Source: an uncultured Holophagales bacterium (GTDB lineage Bacteria > Acidobacteriota > Thermoanaerobaculia > Multivoradales > UBA5704). From it: DNA of 64,000 nucleotides. The notes below the pieces were generated by a model, which was given only the letters and a program-made list of their open reading frames with translations, ran no database searches and was not told the origin of the DNA. The position numbers and the translations under genes were made by a program. Shown one piece after another: positions 53,088-62,431 of the stretch (position 1 is the stretch's first letter; every line of letters starts with the position of its first letter). Location of the stretch: positions 128,001 through 192,000 of the forward strand of contig CAWJGT010000025.1 in NCBI GenBank assembly GCA_963842525.1, given 5' to 3'.

Positions 53088-54118
53088 TTCGACCGGTCTC
53101 AGAGTCGCTCGATGAGAAAATGCGCGAGCAGGAAAACTGCCCATTTGACAGTCGAGCGGCAAGAGCGGTACTTGAAGATACTCTCTCTTACCAGTTTCAG
53201 GGGCTTGCTGACCGCCTCCTTGCTAACTTAGCCCTACGGGGCCGCGCAAGCAGTGAAGTTTGGTGGCAGCATTATTTGACGAGAGCGAAACCCTCAGAAA
53301 GCTTCCCAGCGGATTCCCCGGCTATTCTAAGATTTGCTCGGGAGTTTTCGGCCGAGATAGTTGCTGGCCGCATCCGTCCAATGAGCATTCAGGAGCTTGC
53401 CGACGTGGAAATAAGAATTTTTAACGGTTATACAAAACTATGGGATGACTGTCGAATAAATCGTCAGCTTCGACGCCTAGGATCAGGCTACAGGATTGTA
53501 TTCGTGGGCGCAAACCGTCTTCTCGTGAATCAGCTTCGCACATTTCTCGGGAGGCAAGGAAGTCTTCCAATTGATGCGCGCTTTATCTTTGGCCGCGTTG
53601 CACCCATGAGCTCGTGGCCGCTGGGCCCGATTTTTAATTTCGAGAAGGAGATTGCCGTATCTCCTTTTGTCAATGCCCAAGGGGCAGGGTTCAACTACGA
53701 AAACCGTGTCGTTGTTCGGCTGCCCATACTGATGACGCTGCTAAACGACGAGAGGACGGCTAAGTTCCAGGCGCTAAGCACCGTGACCCATGAGATGTAC
53801 CATGTCACCGGCTTTCGGGCACCCTATCCGCGCAGCTATTTGGAGGCCTATTGGGAGGAAGAGACGGCAGGAGATATTTGCCGCTTTACCGAAACTACCA
53901 GGACGTTTGAAGAGATAGCCAGGGAATTTTTCCTTAATTTTGATAGCCCTGTTCTGGCCGAAGTCAACAAACACCTTGGGTATGAGCATTTTCCCGCTCC
54001 ACCATATTCGCTGGAACAGATGATGGAGAAAATGGCAAAGAATGGCGTGATCCAGAAGATAGGCGATGGGTCGTTCAGATGTAGTTCGTTCGAGGAGGGC
54101 AAGCAGTGGCTAGTCTAG
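53084..54118 (+). CDS. Hypothetical protein with HExxH (zincin-like) motif
   Basis: STVTHEMYHV followed by WEE; ATGA-coupled to the TPR gene. Confidence 0.65.
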   Translation: MIRPVSESLDEKMREQENCPFDSRAARAVLEDTLSYQFQGLADRLLANLALRGRASSEVWWQHYLTRAKPSESFPADSPAILRFAREFSAEIVAGRIRPMSIQELADVEIRIFNGYTKLWDDCRINRQLRRLGSGYRIVFVGANRLLVNQLRTFLGRQGSLPIDARFIFGRVAPMSSWPLGPIFNFEKEIAVSPFVNAQGAGFNYENRVVVRLPILMTLLNDERTAKFQALSTVTHEMYHVTGFRAPYPRSYLEAYWEEETAGDICRFTETTRTFEEIAREFFLNFDSPVLAEVNKHLGYEHFPAPPYSLEQMMEKMAKNGVIQKIGDGSFRCSSFEEGKQWLV

Positions 54119-55264
54119 AGAAAATAGAAATTCCAATCACCGAATTTATCTGCGTGAATTGCCGGAGCAAAGATGAGCCTGAGGTCGCAGAACTTCCTTC
54201 CCCTTATGTGATATTAAACGTACCTCTACCTGCTGCGGGTCAGGAGCCAGTATCGGTGACCGTGGACGTTGAAAGTATTGAATGGAAGAAGTTGGACCCT
54301 GAAGGACTGTATATAGCGCAGGCAAGAGTGAGAATTGTATGTCCCTGTTGCGAATCCGCAAGATCTGTTATGCATCACATCGGCGCATCTCGGCTTGTGC
54401 TCGTATCGGCCGATGTATGCGGGAGTTGCGGAGGGGAGCTGAGCCTTCATGATGAGGAAATTACTTATGATGGCATGGCTGGGAGTGGTCCTTCGGTCGT
54501 GATTAGAGGCACTCTTGCGTGCGCGACGTGTACAGCCGAGAAGATGAGCGTTGAGGCACATGTCCCTGTGCGAGGTATTTTGGATGAAAATTCAGATGTG
54601 CAAGTAGAGATTGGTTTCCAGGGGGCTAGAGTAAGCCCTGCCAAGGTTGAATCAAGGAGGACGCGTCGACTTCTTGTCGTTGTTGCAAGCCCGCGAGATT
54701 CGGATCAGTTGCGCCTGGCGAATGAGTGTCGCATTATTGAAAAGTGCATCGAGAGGGGCAAGGAAAGAGACTTTTTGGAGACTAAGATCATTCAGGCCGC
54801 GACAATTGATGATTGGGCTAGAACGCTTCTAGAGGATGAATACAATATTATCCACTTTTCTGGCCATGGCACGGGAGCTCGGCCTCGTGCTCGAAAAGGA
54901 GAGCGGCCCGTCGTTTGAGGATGATAGCTGCTTGTCGCAGATAGTGCCGCCGCAGGCACTTGGGAACATGCTTGCGGCACATAAAGCCGTTGAATGTGTA
55001 GTTTTAAATGCATGTTTTTCATCTACCCATGTGGAAAGCTCGCTAACAGATGTAGATTACTCAATACTAATGGATGGGCCAATTTCTGATGCTGGCGCTA
55101 TGGAGTTTTCAAGAGGATTTTATGATGCTGTCGCCGCTGGCAAGAGTATTGACTTCGCCTTCGGAGAAGGGTGTCGACGAATCGATTTGAAAGGTCACCT
55201 TGATGCAGAGTTACCGCTGCTTTATGCCAAAGGTGTAAAGGTAACTTCCAAGCCACCTGCATAA
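54106..55264 (+). CDS. 4xCxxC zinc-binding domain fused to a CHAT (caspase-like) protease; frameshift near 54875
   Basis: CVNC, CPCC, CGSC, CATC; LLVVVASP, LRLANE, HFSGHG and VVLNACFS, FSRGFY; removing one G joins the two ORFs. Confidence 0.8.
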
Positions 55265-55399
55265 TAGGTCGTAAGTTTTTGCCGTTTATCTGTCCGCTGT
55301 GCACCTGTCCCGAGTAGTCCCCGGCGACCACGGCGAGTCTCCGTTGAAGTCGAATCCCCCGGCCAGGGGGGGTGCGTCGGCGCGGAACTGGAGGGAGCG

Positions 55400-55987
55400 A
55401 AGAGGGGATCCAAGGTCCCAGACCTCAAGCTGCCGTCCCGCAGACCCGCGAGTGCACGAGAGCCGTCGTCCGAGAGGGCCACCAAGCGGACCGGATCGGC
55501 GGCGCGGAGCTGTCTGGGTTTCGGCTTTCGATGGGCCAGATTCCAGAGCCGCAGAGCACCGTCCATGGAACCTGTCAGCGCTAGGCTGCCATCCGGCGTC
55601 ACTGCGACTCCAAGAATTGAGCCGTCGTGCGCGGCCCAGCGGCGAAGACGCCCGGAACTGGGCTCCCAGAGCTGGGTAGCCGGGAGAAGTCGAGATCAGC
55701 GGTTCCCTTGACTGGTACTACGCACATCCCTCTTCCCTCGCCAGGCGCCACTCCCTTTCGACAGAAGCGGATTCGAGCGCGCCCGGGGTCGCTACGAGCA
55801 CCAGGTACTCGGAATGCCGAATCACTCTTTGGAGCTCCTCCCACCATCTCTCGCCTGCTTGGAGATCCGAGAGGTCCTGGCGCACTTTGAACCCCGCCTT
55901 TTTGAGGCACTTCCGAACCTTGTCCGCCAGCTTGAGATCGTCGCTCCGGGCGTAGGAGATGAAGATTCCTGAGCGGGACTGTCTCAT
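55400..55987 (-). pseudogene. TIR-WD40 protein remnant with internal deletion
   Basis: IFISYARSD...SVEREWRLA TIR domain, then WD40 fragments (TPDGSLALTGSMDGALRLWNL, LSDDGSRALAGLRDGSLR) in other frames. Confidence 0.7.
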
Positions 55988-57165
55988 GCCGTCCTCGCGC
56001 GCCGCGTCCACCCCGCGGACACGAGCTCTCCATGCAGCTCCTCCAGCGGCCGCAGGCAGAGCCTCCAGTCGTACTGCTCGGCCACCGTGCGGCGAGCTGT
56101 ATCGGCGATCCGCCAGCGCAGCGACTCGTCTTCGAGAAGCCGGCGGACGGCCACAGCGAAGTCCTCGGGCGGGCGAGCGATCAGGAGGTCGTTGCCATCC
56201 GCCACGTGCAGCCCCTCGGCGCCCTTGGGTGTGGCGACCACGGGCGTCCCCAGCGCCATGGCTTCCAGGATCTTGACCCGCGTGCCACCGCCGATCCGCA
56301 GAGGGATCACGCAGACGCGGCTCGTGGCCACACAGGGCCGCACGTCCTCAAGAGGACCGGTGAGGACCACTCCCGCGCCTCGCCGCGCGACCAGGCGGCG
56401 CCCGGCCCGGCCGGGCTCGCCGGTAATCCGCAATATCACCGCGGGGCGCCGGCTCCGGAGGAGCGGGAAGATCCGTTCCAGGAAGTACTCCATTGCGTCG
56501 AGGTTGGCGTGGTACGTCAGCGCGCCGGGATACACCAGGGAGTCCGGCTCGGGATCACCGAAATCGCCTCTCTGCCCCTGCACGTCCGCGCCGTTGGGGA
56601 CGACGCGGACCATCGCGCCCGCAGGGAGGATCGACTCCAGGCTTGTCTGTTCGCCGTCGGAAACCACAGTGCAGGCGTCGTGGCGGGCGGCCACACTGGC
56701 CGTGAAGCTCCCCTTGCGGCGCCACTCTCGCCGATAAAGGAGGCGGCGGAAGAGACGGGGATCGGCGCACCGCTGAAGGAAGACGCCCAGCTCGCAGTTG
56801 TCGAGGATGCGAGGGATGCCCTCGATCTCCGCGCCGTAATATCCCGCGAGGATCTCGGCGGACAGCACCAGGTCGAAGCGCTCGCGCCGAAGGGCCTCAC
56901 GAATCTGGGCCCGCATCTCCTCGCTTCTCCATCTCGCGTTCGTGCGCCCCAGCAGCCCCGGCGGCGGCAGGACGACCGGAGCGAGGACCCGTGCGTGCTC
57001 GGCCAACACGGCGAGTCTCTCGGGCGCAACGCTCCCGGAGCGGGCGAACGAAAGAAAAGTGACCTGATGCCGCTCTGCCAGGCAGCGCACCAGGTGGAAG
57101 ATGCGGAGCTTACCTCCGGTGTCGGCGGGCCAGGGGAAGCGCGAAGAGAGGACCAGGATCTTCAC
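55984..57165 (-). CDS. Glycosyltransferase family 4
   Basis: FPWPADTGGKLR, VVPNGAD, PLRIGGGTRVKILEAMALG; GTGA-coupled to the upstream gene. Confidence 0.9.
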   Translation of the reverse strand: MKILVLSSRFPWPADTGGKLRIFHLVRCLAERHQVTFLSFARSGSVAPERLAVLAEHARVLAPVVLPPPGLLGRTNARWRSEEMRAQIREALRRERFDLVLSAEILAGYYGAEIEGIPRILDNCELGVFLQRCADPRLFRRLLYRREWRRKGSFTASVAARHDACTVVSDGEQTSLESILPAGAMVRVVPNGADVQGQRGDFGDPEPDSLVYPGALTYHANLDAMEYFLERIFPLLRSRRPAVILRITGEPGRAGRRLVARRGAGVVLTGPLEDVRPCVATSRVCVIPLRIGGGTRVKILEAMALGTPVVATPKGAEGLHVADGNDLLIARPPEDFAVAVRRLLEDESLRWRIADTARRTVAEQYDWRLCLRPLEELHGELVSAGWTRRARTA

Positions 57166-58294
57166 GGCGCTCCCGGGCTTTCGGCAGCCGGCCGCGCGAC
57201 AAGGCAGCGCGGGTCGCCCCACGCGCAGTCCGCCGGTTTCCAAAGGCCGACCGGCGATCCGCGTTCAACCCCCAGCCGGCGCGCCACGCGGTCCGTTTTG
57301 GCGGCGAGGAGAAAGAGCGTCTCGACCTGCATTCCCGCCAGCGTTTCGAAATTGGCTACGCCTTTGGCGATGATGAGCCCGCGGCGTTCCCGGAGATCGG
57401 TCAGGGCCGTCGCGAGCTGGCGGCTGAACCTGTGGGGAGGATTCCCCTGAATCCGTGAGCCTCTCCGCACCAGTTCCGGCCGCAGGCCGGGAGCCCAGCG
57501 ACACAGGGCCCGTTCCACGGCCAACACATCCACGTCGCTCTCCACCGGACACTGCTTCGGGATCAGGAGCACTCTCGTTTCGTACTGGCGCTGGAGGCAA
57601 GCCAGGAACGCCACGTCCGCCGCGATCTCACCGTGGTTGTCGGTGAACAGCGCCAGAGGGGCACCGGCGCGGAGCCTCTCTTCGAGCCGCTCCGCCAGAG
57701 GCGCGAAGGCCGCCGCAAACGAAGGCCGGCGGAGGTCACGGGTGACGCTCTCCAGGATCGGCCGGAGGCGTGTCGCGGGCCAGATTTCGAACCGGTTCGT
57801 CGCGGCTGCCAGGAGCAGCCATTCCATCATCGTGGGCTCACCTCGCCGCACCAACCAGCCCGTGAGCCACCGGCCGCAGAGCGCGTCGACCCGCTCGTGC
57901 GGGCGGTGAACCGGGCGCTCAGCGCCGGGAATCCGAGGTCGCGGAAGATCCTTTCGAAAGCTGCCCGCAGATCCTCCCGCGACCAGTCGCTCAGGTCGGT
58001 CCCGGCGAGGATCGCGGCACGGCGGAGAGCCTCGCGGGTGAGCCCGGGACAAGGCCTGTCCAGACGGGTTTCGATCTCGTGAGCGAGCGTCTTCGCGATC
58101 CAGCGCAGGCTCTCTCCCGCTTCCCCGCTGCCTGGGCGGTAAACAGGCCCGGCCGGGCGGACGAGCCGAGCGAGGCTCCCTGACTCCGGCATCTCCACCA
58201 CCACCACCCCGTCGTGCGGTTCCGCGGACCCAGCCGGCGGCAGGTGCTGCCGCAGCTCGGTGAGGATCTCGTCAGGGTGGAGAAAGCGTCTCAT
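57162..58294 (-). CDS. DUF89/ARMT1-like metal-dependent phosphatase; frameshift near 57900
   Basis: FTDNHGEIAAD, IIAKGVANFETL, FLLAAK motifs. Confidence 0.7.
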
Positions 58295-60128
58295 CCCAGG
58301 GCCTTCTGCAGGGAGCGGAAGAGCCGGGGAAGCCCTCCCGGTCTTCGCTCCCGCGCGCGAAGAGGAAGCGGAGGACGGCGGCCCGAGAGCGGGAGATGGC
58401 GTCCATTCCCGACTCCATCCGCGCGCGGAATCGCCGGCCCGCTTGGAGGGCATCCTCCAGGATCAGCCGGCGCAGGCCGGCCCGGCGTTTTTGCCAGGCG
58501 GTTCGCCAGGGAGCGAACGCGTGGGGCATGTTCCGCTCCTCGCGTTCGAGGAAGGCGAAGAGCCGGTCCATCTCTCGGTAGAACGGTTTCTGAAAGCGGC
58601 CGGAGTCCCCGAGGACCCTCTCGAGACCCGCCTCCAGCCAAGGATCACGGCGGTACCAGAGCTCCCCTGCGACGCTCTCGAAGCTGCCGAGGTAATAGAG
58701 GACCAGTGCGGGCAGCAGGTCCGGGTTCCAGTCCGCGCGGCGGCGCAGGACCGGGAAGTCCTGCCAGGGCAAACGCTCGGTCAAGGCCGTCGCCAGCTTT
58801 CGGCGGAAACTCCGGATCTCTTCGGCACCGGCCCTGGGCTCGGCCTCACCAAGACGCTCCAGCTCCTCTGCGAGGGTCCGTCTCTCCCACCGGACCACCC
58901 GTCGCGCCAAGGCCCGGCCGCTGGGGAAACGGTGGGGGCGCACCGGCCGCACCTCGTTCCATTCCACCGGGACGAACAGGTGCGGCGACAGGAAAGGTAC
59001 GTCCTCCAGCGGTTTCAGAGTGAAGAAGCTGGCCGCGGCGATGTCGAGAAAGGAGGCGTGCGCCCACATTCCAACGATGCTGCCGAAGCTCCCCCGGAAC
59101 CTGGGGCGGAAGGCCCTTCCGAGGACCTCCAGGGTGACACAGGCACTGCCACAGACGGAGACCTCGTCGACGAAAAGCGCGTTGTCGGACCCAAAGAGCG
59201 CAGTGCCCGTGCGCGTGTCTGCCAGAAGGGAGTTGAGCAGGGGGCGCGCCGTGTGCGTGAGCGACCCGCGCAAGCCTTGCACTGATCGGTTCATGCCGTC
59301 GAGCAGCAACGGCAGGGAGACGGTGCCGTCCGGCAGCGTGGCCAAGCCGATCAACTCGTCGATGGCGCCGCTGGCGCCGTGCGCGAGGCGCAGGAGGGAC
59401 TCATCGACGTGGGCGCGTAGCGCGCCCGCGGTGAGGGGAGCGTGCCGCATTGCCTCGCCGGCCCGGAAGACCACAGACTTGAGCGCATTCGGGATACGGA
59501 CCCGATCGTCCAGCCCCAGATCGGACAGCTCGAGGAGGACAACCTCCAGAGGGGCATCCAGGAGATCGGCCGGATCGAGCCCCAGTTGCCGAGCCTCAAT
59601 TGCCACGGCCCGTGCCTCGGAATCGCCGGAGCGCAACCATGCAGCGAGGCGGGCTCGCAGGGGCGCTGCGGGAGGCTCTGCCAGGCGAGCGCTGTCCTCC
59701 GGATCGGTGGTGAGGAGGGAGAGCAGGTTGACCGCGAAGCTCTCCCGCGTGAGCCCTTTGATGCGCACCGGCTCGCACCGGATGCGCCTTTCCTCCACCA
59801 CCTCCTCCAGAATGCGGCGTGCCGCCTCCAAGTAGGGAAAGGTGCCGCGCTCCAGGAAGAACACACTCTCGGCGCGGCATCGCAGGGCGGCGCGCACCAC
59901 CGGCAGGACGAGGAAGGGGATCTCCTCGGGGAGGATGAGCCGGTTCGCCAACCAGCGGTCGTTGGTGCTGTAGTCCTCGGCGAGCCCTACGTCCGGCGGA
60001 TCGGTCTCTGATACATCTTCCCACCAGCGGGCGAAGAGAAACTCGCTGCCGCCGAACGACGCGACCACCTCCGGCTGCAGCTCGCGGAACCGGTCGACGA
60101 GCGAGACCTCGCCAGCCACGACGCTCAT
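58272..60128 (-). CDS. Hypothetical protein with PRTase-like motifs
   Basis: VFFLERG and ALFVDEVSVCGS (PRPP-loop-like); ATGA-coupled start; the true stop may be 58291 after a late frameshift. Confidence 0.55.
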   Translation of the reverse strand: MSVVAGEVSLVDRFRELQPEVVASFGGSEFLFARWWEDVSETDPPDVGLAEDYSTNDRWLANRLILPEEIPFLVLPVVRAALRCRAESVFFLERGTFPYLEAARRILEEVVEERRIRCEPVRIKGLTRESFAVNLLSLLTTDPEDSARLAEPPAAPLRARLAAWLRSGDSEARAVAIEARQLGLDPADLLDAPLEVVLLELSDLGLDDRVRIPNALKSVVFRAGEAMRHAPLTAGALRAHVDESLLRLAHGASGAIDELIGLATLPDGTVSLPLLLDGMNRSVQGLRGSLTHTARPLLNSLLADTRTGTALFGSDNALFVDEVSVCGSACVTLEVLGRAFRPRFRGSFGSIVGMWAHASFLDIAAASFFTLKPLEDVPFLSPHLFVPVEWNEVRPVRPHRFPSGRALARRVVRWERRTLAEELERLGEAEPRAGAEEIRSFRRKLATALTERLPWQDFPVLRRRADWNPDLLPALVLYYLGSFESVAGELWYRRDPWLEAGLERVLGDSGRFQKPFYREMDRLFAFLEREERNMPHAFAPWRTAWQKRRAGLRRLILEDALQAGRRFRARMESGMDAISRSRAAVLRFLFARGSEDREGFPGSSAPCRRPWDETLSPP

Positions 60129-62431
60129 GGAGTGGCCTCCACCAGGAGAAAGCTGCTCGCCCCGTACTCTATGCCGCCCTTGAACAGGAGACACTCCCCC
60201 CGCTGGTTTCTCTCCAGGGCCTGGAGAGAGCCGCCGCGACGGAGCAGGACCCGCGGATCCCCGGAGCTGGCGAGGAGAAGCGCATCCCTCGCGGGCGGGC
60301 CGAAAGAGGTTGCGACTTGCCGGACCAGGCGGGCGGTACCCTCCAGAGTGAGCCCCTTGCGCGTCGAATCGGTATAGGTGTTCACCAGCAGGAGCAGGTC
60401 GGGGTCCTCGGTCGAGGCCAGCACGGAGTGTCCCAGAGTGGCGCGGCGGCACGCGATGGCGAGGGCGCCTGCCTGGAGGGAGAACTCGCCGGGCAGGAGC
60501 GGCGCCTTCCATGGCCTCTCTTCGTAGCCCCACCTCCCTAAATTGGCGCGGACCTCCGCCGGGTCTTCGTCGTCTTCCAGCCGACAGGCCACCGGATGGC
60601 CGCTGACCGCATCCTTCAGGAATGGACCGGCGCTCTCCGCCCGTGTGATCCGTCCGGGCTCGCGCCCCGCCACGTGCTGGCTGGCCTCGGCGAAGAGGCG
60701 CCGCGAAAAGGTCCGGCTCAGAGAGAAACCGTGGAGGACATGCGTCAGGTCACCATAAAAGTCCAGGACTGGCGCCCGGCCGGTATCCGGGTCGGACTCG
60801 AGGAGGTCCACCGGTTGGCCGTAGCGCAGAATACGGCATCCGCTGACCGCGAAGACGGCACCGGACAGGTCTTCGATCCTGGCCACGGCCAGCCGTGTCC
60901 CGGCGTCCTGTACGAGCACAGTCTGCGGTCCGCGCAGCTCCTCACGGAAATGGCTCCAGAGCTTGCCCTGGGTCATGGCGAAGTGGCCCATGTTCCAGAA
61001 GAGATTCCCGTTCCCGTTCAGCACGGCCACTACAGAAGCCGCCCGTGGATCCTCCTCCAGAAACGAGGCAGGGCTCCGGCGCAACACCCGGTTCATTTCG
61101 ACCATGTGGCTGGGGTCCCAAGGCGACAGGCCGCGGACGATCCCGTCCTGCCATACCAAATTCTGGCCGGCTGTGTGGACGGCAAGCCGCAAGCGGAAGT
61201 GCTTCAGAGGGATCGGCACGGCATGGACGGTGAGATCGCGCCCGTCACAGCTTGCGATGGTTGTCTCCCAGACCGTCAGCGGGTGCCCCTGGCTCACCAC
61301 GGCCCATCGGAGCGCCGCCGGACGGCTCCGGGAGCCCCGGCGCACAGGGGTACCGAGGAAAGAAGCCTGCCAGCGGATCTCCCGCTGCCGTGCTCGCGTG
61401 TTCTCGCCAAGGAGCCGGACGGTACCGAGCCGCTGCGAAGCGACCAACGGCAGATCCGAGACCCGGAGCACCGCGCCCCATTGAAGCGATGGGTGGCGCG
61501 CCAGACAGGCGGCGAGCGGCCCCAGCTCGAGATCGACGGCGGCGGCTCCGTATCGCGCCAGCCGTTCCAGCTCCGGCCGGGTCTCGGACAGGATGCACGG
61601 CGCGGAGGCCACGTCGAGCACATGGGAGCGGTGGAGACCGGTCAGCCCGCGCGGCAGGCGAGCGGCGAGGGGGAGCAGCCGATTCCCTTCGCCAATCACC
61701 CGCCCGTCACCGGCGAGGACGTGGCGGACGAACAGGGAATCGTGAAGGGCCAGGTCCGGGGACAGGCCTCCGCAGGCGCCGAACAGCAGAAGGCTGTGCA
61801 GACCGAACTGCTGGCAGAGCACTTCGATGAGAGGGACGATCTGCGACCCGTACACCGAAGTCAGGTGGACGAAGAGCGTGCTCCCCCGCGGTCCGGACGC
61901 CAGCACCGCCCGCAGCAGAGGACTGGAGCAGCGCGTGATCTCCCATCGTCCGCGGCGGCGCGAGAGCCACGCCTCCAGCAGCCGCTCACCCTGGAAGCTA
62001 AAGACAGCCTGCTCGATATGCCCATCCGGAGCCAGGGAGGCCAGGATTCTTCGGTAGTCTTCCGCGAAATCCGAGGCCTCGTCGATCAACCGCAGCCGCT
62101 CGCGCGGCACCCCGAGAAGGCGAAGCAGCAGGAGGTTCTGCAGGCGGCGGGTGGCACCGACCACGTTGCTGATCAATGCGTCCTCTGCGATGGCGAAAAA
62201 CCGCTCCTGGAGGTTGGGATGCGGGCGCTCGATCTCGCGACGCGACCAGATGTTCGGGAGCACGGAGGCCAGCTTGTGCTCGCCGAACAACCCAGCGTGG
62301 ACGTGGATGCGGCCGGGAGCGCGCCAGACACGCTCGGGCACGGCAGTGAGCGCGTAGGCCATGGGATCGACGCAGACGCCGTCGAGGTCGAGGGCGTAGG
62401 CCTGAGCGACCGGGTCAGCGACTGGCGGCAT
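60125..62431 (-). CDS. Nucleoside phosphorylase/nucleosidase-like domain fused to a possible phosphodiester-glycosidase-like domain
   Basis: LFGACGGL, AAAVDLE, VLRVSDLP; C-terminal VVAVLNG and GLTLEGTARLV...DALLL. Confidence 0.6.
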   Translation of the reverse strand: MPPVADPVAQAYALDLDGVCVDPMAYALTAVPERVWRAPGRIHVHAGLFGEHKLASVLPNIWSRREIERPHPNLQERFFAIAEDALISNVVGATRRLQNLLLLRLLGVPRERLRLIDEASDFAEDYRRILASLAPDGHIEQAVFSFQGERLLEAWLSRRRGRWEITRCSSPLLRAVLASGPRGSTLFVHLTSVYGSQIVPLIEVLCQQFGLHSLLLFGACGGLSPDLALHDSLFVRHVLAGDGRVIGEGNRLLPLAARLPRGLTGLHRSHVLDVASAPCILSETRPELERLARYGAAAVDLELGPLAACLARHPSLQWGAVLRVSDLPLVASQRLGTVRLLGENTRARQREIRWQASFLGTPVRRGSRSRPAALRWAVVSQGHPLTVWETTIASCDGRDLTVHAVPIPLKHFRLRLAVHTAGQNLVWQDGIVRGLSPWDPSHMVEMNRVLRRSPASFLEEDPRAASVVAVLNGNGNLFWNMGHFAMTQGKLWSHFREELRGPQTVLVQDAGTRLAVARIEDLSGAVFAVSGCRILRYGQPVDLLESDPDTGRAPVLDFYGDLTHVLHGFSLSRTFSRRLFAEASQHVAGREPGRITRAESAGPFLKDAVSGHPVACRLEDDEDPAEVRANLGRWGYEERPWKAPLLPGEFSLQAGALAIACRRATLGHSVLASTEDPDLLLLVNTYTDSTRKGLTLEGTARLVRQVATSFGPPARDALLLASSGDPRVLLRRGGSLQALERNQRGECLLFKGGIEYGASSFLLVEATP

